NCBI GenBank assembly: GCA_948471055.1
Contig: CAOKQZ010000005.1
Coordinates: 40,193-104,192, forward strand
Source: an uncultured Clostridium sp.
GTDB taxonomy: Bacteria > Bacillota > Clostridia > TANB77 > CAG-508
Reading direction: 5' to 3'
DNA: 64,000 nucleotides
The notes beneath the pieces are model-generated. The model made no database searches. It had not been told where the DNA came from and was given only the letters and a program-made list of their open reading frames with translations. Shown in pieces: positions 39,876 to 49,320 of this stretch. Numbering within the stretch: the first letter of the stretch is position 1; every line of letters begins with the position of its first letter. The translations under genes were made by a program, and so were the position numbers.

Positions 39876-42567
39876 ATGTGTGAAAACAAACACAAATTAT
39901 TAGACAAGTACGAACCAAAAGAATTTGAGGAAAAATTGTATGAAACTTGGGAGAAAAAGGGATATTTTAAACCAAGTAAGGAAGAGGGAAAAAAGCCCTT
40001 TACCATTATGATGCCACCCCCAAATGTAACTGGAAAATTACATATGGGGCATGCTTTAGATGACACCATACAAGACATTTTAATTCGCTTTAAAAGAATG
40101 CAAGGCTATAAAACCCTATGGCTACCAGGCACCGACCATGCCTCTATTTCAACCGAAATGAAAGTAGTTGAAAAACTAAAAAAACAAGGCATTAAAAAAG
40201 AAGAATTAGGAAGAGAAGAATTTATAAAAGAAGCGTGGGCTTGGACAAAAGAATATGGAGGAACCATACAACAACAACAAAGAAAACTAGGTTGTTCTTG
40301 CGATTGGGAGAGAAACCGCTTTACCTTAGATGAAGGAATGAGTGATGCGGTTTTAGAGCAATTTATTAAACTATATGAAAAAGGGTTAATCTATAAAGGA
40401 AAACGTATGGTAAACTGGTGTACCAGTTGTAACACCTCTATTTCAGATGCAGAAGTAGAATACAAAGAAGAACCTTCCAAGCTTTGGCATATTCGTTACC
40501 AAATAAAAGGAGAAAACCGTTATATTACAGTAGCTACAACAAGACCAGAAACCATGCTTGGCGATACTGCAGTTGCAGTTCACCCAACCGATGAAAGATA
40601 CCAAGATTTAACCCGGTAAAACCTGCATTTTGCCAATTATGAATAAAGAAATCCCAATTATTGCCGATGAATTTGTAGAAAAAGACTTTGGAACCGGATG
40701 TGTAAAAATTACACCAGCCCATGATATGAATGACTATCAAGCAGGATTACGCCATAACCTAGAAGTAATTAACGTGTTTGATGATAATTTCAAAATGGGG
40801 AATTTAGTACCAGAATACCAAGGAATGGAATTACTAGAAGCACGAAAACTCATTGTAGAAAAGCTAAAACAAATAGGAGCATTGGTAAAAGAAGAAGACT
40901 ATACCCACAATGTAGCAAAATGTGAAAGATGTAAACATACCATTGAACCTAAAATTTCAACCCAGTGGTTTGTTAGCATGAAAGACTTAGCAAAAAGAGC
41001 AGCAGACGCCGTAAGAAATGGGGAAACAAGGTTTGTACCAAAACGATATGAAAAGCAATATTTCCATTGGTTAGACAATATTCAAGATTGGTGTATTTCT
41101 CGCCAATTATGGTGGGGGCACCGTATTCCAGCTTACTACTGTGAAGATTGCGGTGAAATTCATGTAGCCAAAACCATGCCACAAGTATGTAAAAAATGTG
41201 GAAGTACCCATTTAACCCAAGACCCAGATACGTTAGATACATGGTTTAGTTCTGCCTTATGGCCATTTTCTACCTTAGGTTGGCCAAACGAAAAAGCGGA
41301 AGATTACAAAGAATTTTACCCAACCAGTGTATTAGTAACGGGATTTGATATTATTACGTTCTGGATTTCAAGAATGATGACACAAGGGCTAGAATTTACC
41401 AATAAAGTACCATTTCAAGATGTATTAATCCATGGTATTGTAAGAGATTCCGAAGGAAGAAAAATGTCAAAAACCTTAGGAAACGGAGTTGACCCAATTG
41501 ATGTGATAAACGAGTATAGCGCAGATGCACTAAGGTTCTCCGTTATTTCTGGAACCACCATGGGAAATGACATTCGCTATATGCCAGAAAAGCTAGACCA
41601 AGCCTCTAATTTTGCCAATAAAATTTGGAATGCTGCCAAATTTATTACCATGAATTTGGCAGAAGATGAGAAAATAATGGCATTTTCGAAGAAAATAAAG
41701 GATAAAGAAACTGGAATCTATAGGTCAGAATTCTTAAAAATAGAAGACAGATGGATTTTAAATAAACTAGATAATCTAATAAAAGAAGTAACAGGAAACT
41801 TAGAAAACTACGATTTAGGAATTGCACTAGACAAAATTTATAATTTTATTTGGAATGAATTTTGTGATTGGTATATTGAAATCGCGAAATCAAGGTTATA
41901 CAGTCAAAATGAAGAAGAAAAAGTACAAGTAAGCTTTGTACTAAACTATGTATTTGGAGATAGCTTAAAATTATTACACCCATTTATGCCATTTATTACA
42001 TCCGAAATTTATTCGAAATTAGTTAATTACGATGAGAAAGACTTAATGGTATCACATTGGCCAAAAACAAAGAAAAGAGTAGAATACAACGAAACAAAAG
42101 ACTTTTTAGAAAATTTAAAACAAGTGATTATTGGAATTCGTAATGTAAGAGCCAACATGAATGTACACCCATCCAAAAAAGCAAATCTAATCTTTGTAAC
42201 CAAAGATTACAAAACAGAAATTGAAGCTTCCAAAGACTACATCACAAAACTAGGTTTTGGAAACGAAATCATCATACAAGAAACCAAACAAAACATTCCA
42301 CAAAATGCAATCTCTATTCTAGCAGACGGAATGGAAGTATTTATGCCATTTGAAGACCTAGTAGACCTAGAAGAAGAAAAGAAACGTTTACAAAAAGAAA
42401 AAGAAAGACTAGAAAAAGAAGTAGAGAGAGGAACCAAAATGCTATCCAACCCAGGCTTTGTAAAAAAAGCCCCAGAAAGTAAAATACAAGAAGAAAAAGA
42501 AAAATTAGCAAAATACGAAGAAATGCTAAAAACAACAGTGGAGAGATTAGAGAAAATAATTAAATAG
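39876..42567 (+). CDS. valS: valyl-tRNA synthetase; continuous only with a +1 shift at CGG 40614-40616
   Basis: Track ORFs 39876-40619 and 40630-42567 are the two halves. Skipping the C at 40614 gives [21 protein letters not shown], the conserved ValS segment. HMGH and KMSKT motifs, C-terminal coiled coil. Confidence 0.9.
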
Positions 42568-42581
42568 GAATAAAAATAGTA

Positions 42582-42612
42582 AAAGGCATTGCAAAATACG
42601 CAATGCCCTTTA
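42582..42612. terminator. bidirectional terminator between valS and the convergent ORF
   Basis: AAAGGCATTGC-AAAATAC-GCAATGCCCTTT. Confidence 0.6.
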
Positions 42613-42615
42613 CTA

Positions 42616-42999
42616 CTAGTTGATAATGTAATGTACCACTTCAGATCCCACCGAAGGAAGATTATAAATAAGTTCGTCTGTAAGAGATTCACTTAAAAAA
42701 TAGGTTTTACACCGGTCATAGGTCGCCAGTGTCATCCAATTTTCTTCGGAAACATCTTTTGGATCATCAGGTGGCCAATCTACTGTAACAATTTGCATGC
42801 CGTTTTGCTCAACAGCGTAGTTTACGCTATTTTCTACAGGGAAGGCACACATCTTACGAAAAGCATCTGAGGTTAAGGTAAACACGACCTCCTCGTTCGT
42901 TGCTTTTCCTAAGTAAAGTTCGCCCATTAAATCAACAGGGCAACTTTCCTCATCAAGGTCTTTCCGTTCTTCACGTATAATTTTAAATTGCTGTAACAT
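42616..42999 (-). CDS. hypothetical protein (start taken at internal Met MLQQFK)
   Basis: Contains two in-frame CGG codons read as Arg (EERKD, YDRCK). Confidence 0.35.
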   Translation of the reverse strand: MLQQFKIIREERKDLDEESCPVDLMGELYLGKATNEEVVFTLTSDAFRKMCAFPVENSVNYAVEQNGMQIVTVDWPPDDPKDVSEENWMTLATYDRCKTYFLSESLTDELIYNLPSVGSEVVHYIIN

Positions 43000-43196
43000 A
43001 AAAAACCTCCTTCTATACAGTGTAAATTGATACTTTGCTATTATAACATATATTCTACATAAAATCAACAATAAAATTGCTCTAAGTGGCGGAGACTAAA
43101 ACCGTCAAAAATATGCATTTGCGTTTCACATAAAAAAGCGATATAATATAGATAGGAAAATTTTGTATTAGAGGTTCAAGCAAGAGGAGAAAAGAA

Positions 43197-43421
43197 ATGA
43201 TACAACGAATAAAAATGAAAGCTACATGTAAAATTTGTGGAGGAACACAGCGACAACCTTGTAGCGTTTGTAAAGGTTTTGGATACAAACCCAATAATCC
43301 TATTTATAGGATAGCAAATGCTTACAAGGAAGAGTTAGAAACCTGTAGCTGCTGCGGGGGGGAAGGCAAAGTGAATTGTATCTGCGTAACGGTAAAGAAA
43401 GTCGAACCCAAGAAAAACTAA
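43197..43421 (+). CDS. small Cys-rich zinc-ribbon-like protein
   Basis: 74 aa with CKICGG...CSVCKG...CSCCGGEGKVNC; RBS AGAGGAG. Confidence 0.35.
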   Translation: MIQRIKMKATCKICGGTQRQPCSVCKGFGYKPNNPIYRIANAYKEELETCSCCGGEGKVNCICVTVKKVEPKKN

Positions 43422-43533
43422 AAGGGCCGATATGGCTCCTTTTAGCTTTTAGTAGAAAAATTTTGAAAAAGGCTTGACAAAGAAGGGAAAATGGTGTAAA
43501 GTATATTAGCATTACAAATTAAGAGGTAATCAT

Positions 43534-43881
43534 ATGGAGAAAAATGTTAAGATAAGTATGCTATGCCAAATTTATGGAAAATTGTTAACTGATAAGCAAT
43601 TACATGTGTTAGAGGATTATTATAATAACGATTATTCTTTATCGGAAATTGCAGAGAATTATCAAATAACAAGGCAAGCAGTAAGGGACAATATCATGAA
43701 GGGGGAAGCAAAACTTTTCGAATATGAAGAAAAGCTAGGTATGATGAAAAAGACGTTAGAACAAGAACAGCAAATTGAAAAAATACTTTCAGAATTAGCG
43801 AAAATTGAAACGAAATTTTCGGATAAGAAAATTGCTAGTATTTTAGAACATGTGAAAAAAGAATTGAATTGTTTGGTATAA
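43534..43881 (+). CDS. ylxM: YlxM/UPF0122 family helix-turn-helix protein preceding ffh
   Basis: Conserved position upstream of ffh. Sequence LLTDKQLHVLEDYYNNDYSLSEIAE is typical of YlxM. Promoter TTGACA-17-TAAAGT at 43475-43505. Confidence 0.7.
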   Translation: MEKNVKISMLCQIYGKLLTDKQLHVLEDYYNNDYSLSEIAENYQITRQAVRDNIMKGEAKLFEYEEKLGMMKKTLEQEQQIEKILSELAKIETKFSDKKIASILEHVKKELNCLV

Positions 43882-43906
43882 CCCATACAATCATAAGGGA
43901 GGAATT

Positions 43907-45256
43907 ATGGCTTTTGAAGGATTATCTTCCAGATTACAAGAAATAACAAGAAAGTTTAAGGGAAAGGCAAGAGTTACAGAGAGTGACCTAAAAGATATGC
44001 TAAGAGAAGTAAAACTTGCTATGTTAGAGGCAGATGTTAATTATAAAATCGTAAAAGATTTTATGGCAAGTGTGAATGAAAAAGCACTTGGGCAAGAAGT
44101 ACTAAAGTCACTAACACCGGGACAACAAGTTATTAAAATTGTAAAAGATGAGTTAGTGGAACTACTAGGAGGAACCGAAAGTAAAATTGGGTTTAACCCA
44201 AACCCTCCTACCATTATTATGTTAGTAGGTCTTCAAGGTTCTGGAAAAACCACAACAGCAGGAAAACTTGCCAACTTACTAAGAAAGCAAGGAAAAAATC
44301 CATTGCTCGTTGCTTGTGATGTATACCGTCCAGCAGCGATTAAACAATTGCAAGTAGTAGGAAAACAATTAAACATTCCTGTTTTTGCAAACGAAGAATC
44401 CAAAGATGTTGTGCATATTGCCAAACAAGCCATGAATGTGGCTATTTCCAAACTAAATGATGTGGTTATTATTGATACCGCAGGTCGATTACATATTGAT
44501 GAAGCATTAATGGAGGAACTAAAAAATCTAAAATCAAATATGAAACCACATGAAATTTTACTAGTAGTTGATGCCATGACAGGTCAAGATGCAGTTAATG
44601 TAGCAACTTCTTTTAATGAAGAAATTGGCATAGATGGAGTAATTTTAACAAAGCTAGATGGAGATACTCGTGGTGGTGCGGCATTATCGGTAAAAAAAGT
44701 AACAGGAAGACCAATTAAATTTGCAGCAACAGGAGAAAAGTTAAGCGATATTGAAGTATTTCATCCAGAACGTATGGCATCTAGGATATTAGGAATGGGA
44801 GATGTCCTTTCCATTATTGAAAAAGCAGAAGAAGCCTTTGATGAGGAAGAAGCCTTAAAATTAGAACAAAAACTAAGAAAGCAAGAATTTGATTTAGATG
44901 ATTACTTAACACAATTAAGGCAAATGAAAAAAATGGGTTCATTTTCGTCTATTTTGAAAATGATTCCGGGAATGAATGCCCTAAAAGATATTAAAATCGA
45001 TGATAAAGAATTTGTAAGAATAGAAGCAATTATTTGTTCTATGACCAAAAAAGAAAAAAGAAATCCAAAATTACTAAATGGTTCAAGAAGAAAAAGAATT
45101 GCAACAGGTGCAGGAGTAACTGTACAAGAAGTAAACAAATTTATGAATTCCTTTGAAATGACTCAAAAAATGATGAAAAAAATGAAAAACAACAAAGGTA
45201 TGAAAAATATGTTAAAAGGCATAAATCCAGAGGACTTGAAGGGATTTAAAATGTAG
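43907..45256 (+). CDS. ffh: signal recognition particle protein Ffh
   Basis: NG domain GLQGSGKTT, DTAGR, TKLDG, and Met-rich M domain. Confidence 0.95.
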   Translation: MAFEGLSSRLQEITRKFKGKARVTESDLKDMLREVKLAMLEADVNYKIVKDFMASVNEKALGQEVLKSLTPGQQVIKIVKDELVELLGGTESKIGFNPNPPTIIMLVGLQGSGKTTTAGKLANLLRKQGKNPLLVACDVYRPAAIKQLQVVGKQLNIPVFANEESKDVVHIAKQAMNVAISKLNDVVIIDTAGRLHIDEALMEELKNLKSNMKPHEILLVVDAMTGQDAVNVATSFNEEIGIDGVILTKLDGDTRGGAALSVKKVTGRPIKFAATGEKLSDIEVFHPERMASRILGMGDVLSIIEKAEEAFDEEEALKLEQKLRKQEFDLDDYLTQLRQMKKMGSFSSILKMIPGMNALKDIKIDDKEFVRIEAIICSMTKKEKRNPKLLNGSRRKRIATGAGVTVQEVNKFMNSFEMTQKMMKKMKNNKGMKNMLKGINPEDLKGFKM

Positions 45257-45340
45257 AACCCCCAGTCGCCTATCGGCGACAGCCCCCTTAAGTAAAGGGG
45301 CCTTTGTATAGAGATAGTTCTTCGGAGGGTTCTTAAACCG
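45257..45340. repeat. repeat family B copy (hairpin-forming) between ffh and rpsP
   Basis: gaacccccagtcgcctatcggcgacagcccccttaagtaaaggggcc...gggttc with inverted ends. Confidence 0.7.
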
Positions 45341-45395
45341 TCATCAAATTTTTAAATTTATATGAATAAACACATTTGCAGGAGGTGAATGAAAA

Positions 45396-45629
45396 ATGGT
45401 AAAAATCAGATTACAAAGAGTAGGAGCAAAAAAAGCCCCATTCTATCATATTGTTGTTGCAGATTCAAGAAGAGCAAGAGATGGAAAAATCATTGAACAA
45501 ATTGGTACATACAATCCAATGACAGAACCATCTACAATTGTACTTAACAAAGAAAAAGTAGAAACATGGATAAAAAATGGTGCAAAACCAACCGATACCG
45601 TAAAAGCTTTAATTGAAAAAGCAAACTAG
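45396..45629 (+). CDS. rpsP: 30S ribosomal protein S16
   Basis: [25 protein letters not shown]. Confidence 0.9.
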   Translation: MVKIRLQRVGAKKAPFYHIVVADSRRARDGKIIEQIGTYNPMTEPSTIVLNKEKVETWIKNGAKPTDTVKALIEKAN

Positions 45630-45642
45630 GAGGAGCAGATTT

Positions 45643-45876
45643 ATGAAAGAAATGCTTGAAATTATGATTAAAAACTTAGTTGCCAGTCCAGACCAAGTTA
45701 CCATTACAGAGGAACAAAAAGAAAATGTAACACAATTTTTGGTAAAAGTAGCGAATTCCGATATGGGAAAAGTAATTGGAAAACAAGGAAGAATTGCAAA
45801 AGCTATTCGTACTGTTGCCAAAGCAATTGCAAGCAAAGAAAACCAAAAGGTAAATATTGAATTTATAGAAGATTAA
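45643..45876 (+). CDS. KH-domain RNA-binding protein
   Basis: GKVIGKQGRIAKAIRTV KH motif; conserved position between rpsP and rimM. Start at ATG after CTAGGAGGAGC. Confidence 0.7.
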   Translation: MKEMLEIMIKNLVASPDQVTITEEQKENVTQFLVKVANSDMGKVIGKQGRIAKAIRTVAKAIASKENQKVNIEFIED

Positions 45877-45885
45877 GGAAGCAAA

Positions 45886-46393
45886 ATGGAAACATTAATG
45901 GAAATTGGTCAAATTGTAAACACTTATGGAATAAAGGGATTTGTAAAAGTACAACCTTTTACCGACGATATACGTCGTTTTGAAGACCTTAAACAAGTTT
46001 ATCTTCAGGTTAAAGAAAGGTTAGAAACCTTTGAAATTGAAGAAGTAAAGTATCATAAACACATGGTATTATTAAAACTAAAAGGAATTGATGATATAAA
46101 TCAAGCTGAAAAATACCGAAATGCTTATCTAAAAATAGACCGCAAAGATGCCGTAATCTTACCAGAAGATACCTATTTTATCGCCGATTTATTAGAAATG
46201 GAAGTTACCACAGAAGAAGGAGAAATATTAGGAAAAATTACCGATGTTTATCCAACTGGTAGTAACGATATTTATGTGGTAAAAAATGAAGAAGGAAAAC
46301 AAATTTTATTACCAGCCATTCGGGCAAGTTATAAAAAAGGTAGATGTTGCAAGTAAACAAATGACGGTTCATTTGTTAGAAGGTTTAAGATAG
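45886..46393 (+). CDS. rimM: 16S rRNA processing protein RimM; C-terminus requires +1 shift at CGG 46321-46323
   Basis: Skipping the C at 46321 gives ...ILLPAIGQVIKKVDVASKQMTVHLLEGLR*, the RimM C-terminal pattern (IP.V..FVK.ID...K.I.V.L.EGL). Confidence 0.8.
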
Positions 46394-46425
46394 CAAAAGG
46401 TATTGTTTAGAAAGGAAAAACAAAA

Positions 46426-47146
46426 ATGAAATTTGATGTTTTAACCTTATTCCCAGAAATGTTTGCACCATTAAAGGAAAGTATTATCGGAAGAGCAGTG
46501 AAAAACAATTATATTGAGATAAGTATTACCAATATAAGAGATTTTTCAAAAGATAAGCATTTAAAAGTAGATGATACACCATATGGTGGTGGTGCAGGAA
46601 TGGTAATAAGACCAGATGTGGTATATGATGCGTACTTTTCCGTAAAAAGGGAAAATTCCAAAGTGATTTATTTAACACCACAAGGGAAAACGTTAGACCA
46701 AGAAAAAGTGCAAAATTTAGCAAAAAGCGACCATATTGTTCTTCTATGTGGACATTATGAAGGCATTGACCAAAGAGTAATTGACGAAATTGCTCCAGAG
46801 GAAATTTCAATTGGCGATTATGTTCTAACCGGTGGAGAACTTCCGGCAATGGTGGTAATGGATAGTGTGGCAAGATATGTAAGTGGGGTGCTAAGTAGTG
46901 ATTCGATAAAAGAAGAATCGTTTGCAAGTGACAGACTGGAATATCCGCAATACACAAGACCAGAAGTTTTTAAGAATAGAGAAGTACCTAAGATTTTAAA
47001 ATCTCGGTCATCATGAAAACATTGAAAAATGGCGACACCAAAAGTCGTTAGAAATCACTTTTAGGAAAAGACCAGATTTATTAAAAAAAGAAAATCTTAC
47101 CAAAGAGGAATTGGAATATATCAGAAATTTGAAAGAAAAAAATTAG
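46426..47146 (+). CDS. trmD: tRNA (guanine37-N1)-methyltransferase TrmD; C-terminus requires +1 shift at CGG 47005-47007
   Basis: Track ORF stops at 47016 (…KILKSRSS*). Skipping the C at 47005 gives [51 protein letters not shown], the conserved TrmD C-terminal domain. It ends 20 nt before the rplS RBS. Confidence 0.85.
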
Positions 47147-47166
47147 AAAAGGAGGAAAATTTTCAA

Positions 47167-47778
47167 ATGGATATTATAAAATCAATTGAACATGAACAAT
47201 TAAAAAATAAAGTTCCAGTATTAGACGTAGGAAACACCGTAAGAGTTCATGTTAGAATTAAAGAAGGAAACAGAGAAAGAATTCAAGTATTTGAAGGAAT
47301 TATTATTAAAAAACAAGGTGGAGGAGTAAACGAAACTTTTACAGTAAGAAGAATTTCGTATGGTGTAGGAGTAGAAAAAACATTCCTAGTACATTCTCCA
47401 TTAGTGGAAAAAGTAGAATTAGTAAGAGTAGGTAAAGCAAGAAGAGCAAAATTATTCTACTTAAGAGACAGAGTAGGAAAAGCATCGAAAACAAAGGAAA
47501 AACTAGGAGCAAGAATTGAAAACAAAGAAATCGTTTTAAAAGAAGAAATGACAGAACAACCAGCTACCGAAGAAGTAAAAGAAGTTGTAGAACCAGTAGC
47601 AGAAGTAGCAATAGAACAAGCACCTGAAGCAGTAGCACCAGAAGAAGCACCAGCTGTAGAAACCACCGAAGTAGTAGAAAAAGAAGTAGTAGACACTGTA
47701 AAAGAAGAAGTAGTTGAAACAGTAGAAGAAGCACCAAAGGCAGAAGAAAAAGAAGAAGAAACTAAAACAGAGGAATAG
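47167..47778 (+). CDS. rplS: 50S ribosomal protein L19 with about 85-aa acidic low-complexity C-terminal extension
   Basis: The N-terminal 115 aa are canonical L19. They are followed by an E/V/K/A-rich tail ([28 protein letters not shown]...). Confidence 0.8.
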   Translation: MDIIKSIEHEQLKNKVPVLDVGNTVRVHVRIKEGNRERIQVFEGIIIKKQGGGVNETFTVRRISYGVGVEKTFLVHSPLVEKVELVRVGKARRAKLFYLRDRVGKASKTKEKLGARIENKEIVLKEEMTEQPATEEVKEVVEPVAEVAIEQAPEAVAPEEAPAVETTEVVEKEVVDTVKEEVVETVEEAPKAEEKEEETKTEE

Positions 47779-47894
47779 ATAATACGCTACAAAATAGAAA
47801 AAAATGAAAGAAGAGAAAGGATTAAAAAACAATAAATCCTTTCTCTTCTTTTTCTTCTTCTTATTGTCTAAACAATAAGAAGACGGAACAAAAA

Positions 47895-48161
47895 CTATTC
47901 TGTGTAGCCCACTGGAAACTCAGACTTATGAAAGTATTTAACAGCTTCAGTAATCCTTGTTCCAACAGGAGGTGTGAATGGACGCATAGATGCAGTATCA
48001 CACCAACATTCTGTGTCTTTTTCCACAGTAAAGAAAACGATATGGCCAGCCGCAGAAGAAGAGAACTTAAAATCTTCCACATTGTCATAGCCGATAACAA
48101 CATCTCCTTTCATGAGTGTTAAGCGATTCCGTATTTCCTTTTTTTTGTTGTTTTGTCCCAT
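47895..48161 (-). CDS. hypothetical protein
   Basis: 88 aa; one in-frame CGG read as Arg. Local GC is higher than the flanks. Confidence 0.35.
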   Translation of the reverse strand: MGQNNKKKEIRNRLTLMKGDVVIGYDNVEDFKFSSSAAGHIVFFTVEKDTECWCDTASMRPFTPPVGTRITEAVKYFHKSEFPVGYTE

Positions 48162-48335
48162 ATTTTTATGCTCCTTTCATATAGTATAGAGCTATTATAA
48201 CACATTTACATAAATTGTGCAAGAAGGTTATGTTTTACATAATTTGACTTTTTAGTAGGCATTTGCCATAATATAAATGTAAACATTTTTTTATGACATT
48301 CCTGTGCATTTTCAATACAGGATAAAGGAGGGTCA

Positions 48336-48764
48336 ATGACTAACGAATTGAAAAAACATTCAGCAATATGGTGCTACGACGGCATCATAGCCGTATTTCC
48401 ACTTTCTTCTGAGGAGGTACCAGTAGAGACGGTAGCATTATCTCAGTTTGAGAAATGCTATGCCGTTAATAATGGTAAGCTCTGCTTTGTAGAGGATAAC
48501 GAAGTATTCGTTGTTCCCTACAACGGACAGGCAATTAGTTGCCTTAAAAGAGCGGGATTTCGCAAAGAAAATTTTTACGTACCTTTTAGTAATGGAGAGT
48601 ACCCCAAAAAGGTATTGTCCTTTATAGAGGAACGTAAAAAAGAAGAAAACCTGGTAGAAACATGTGCGATGTACATTGAAGCACATGGCTTTACACAGGA
48701 TAGTGGAGATGTTCTTAGGAACGACCTGCGCCAGATTTATAGGCGGCAGCATCTCCAATGTTAG
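48336..48764 (+). CDS. hypothetical protein
   Basis: 142 aa in a locally higher-GC stretch; one in-frame CGG (YRRQH). Confidence 0.35.
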   Translation: MTNELKKHSAIWCYDGIIAVFPLSSEEVPVETVALSQFEKCYAVNNGKLCFVEDNEVFVVPYNGQAISCLKRAGFRKENFYVPFSNGEYPKKVLSFIEERKKEENLVETCAMYIEAHGFTQDSGDVLRNDLRQIYRRQHLQC

Positions 48765-48874
48765 TCAAGCTCCTTGGCAAGCAGTGCAAGTCTGGGAGCG
48801 TTAGGGTTATCTTCGGATGGCCCTTTATATAATTAATATTTTTGTGCTAAACCAATAGGGGACAGGAGGTATAT

Positions 48875-49267
48875 ATGATACTTTATGGTCAAGACAAATT
48901 AAAAAAGGAAATGGAGCATATTGTACGGAATATTTGCGAAATAAAGACGTACGAATTAGAAAAATTAATAAGAAACATAGAGGACGAAATTAAAAAAAGA
49001 GAGAGGCTTCAAGTAAGTCAGTTAGAGAAAATTTTTAAAGATTATGCAACCTATACTTACTACTATTTGGAACCAGGAAGATCGAGGATTTCCATTAAGT
49101 TGGTAGATAAGTTGAAGGAACTAATGCAAAATGGTTGTTATTTCGAACATAATGGGGAAAAATTTGTGATCGAATATACAACAGAGTATGGAAGCCGTGC
49201 AGGGGAAAAATTTAAAGAATCAATTACCTTCGAAGTTCAAAAAATAGGTAATATACAAAAGATATAG
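48875..49267 (+). CDS. hypothetical protein
   Basis: 130 aa, RBS GGACAGGAGGT. Confidence 0.35.
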   Translation: MILYGQDKLKKEMEHIVRNICEIKTYELEKLIRNIEDEIKKRERLQVSQLEKIFKDYATYTYYYLEPGRSRISIKLVDKLKELMQNGCYFEHNGEKFVIEYTTEYGSRAGEKFKESITFEVQKIGNIQKI

Positions 49268-49278
49268 CACAAAGAACA

Positions 49279-49320
49279 AATAAGTTTAAAGGAGCAAGAT
49301 CTTGCTCCTTTAAACTTATT
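49279..49320. terminator. bidirectional rho-independent terminator
   Basis: AATAAGTTTAAAGGAGCAAG-ATC-TTGCTCCTTTAAACTTATT. Confidence 0.65.
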
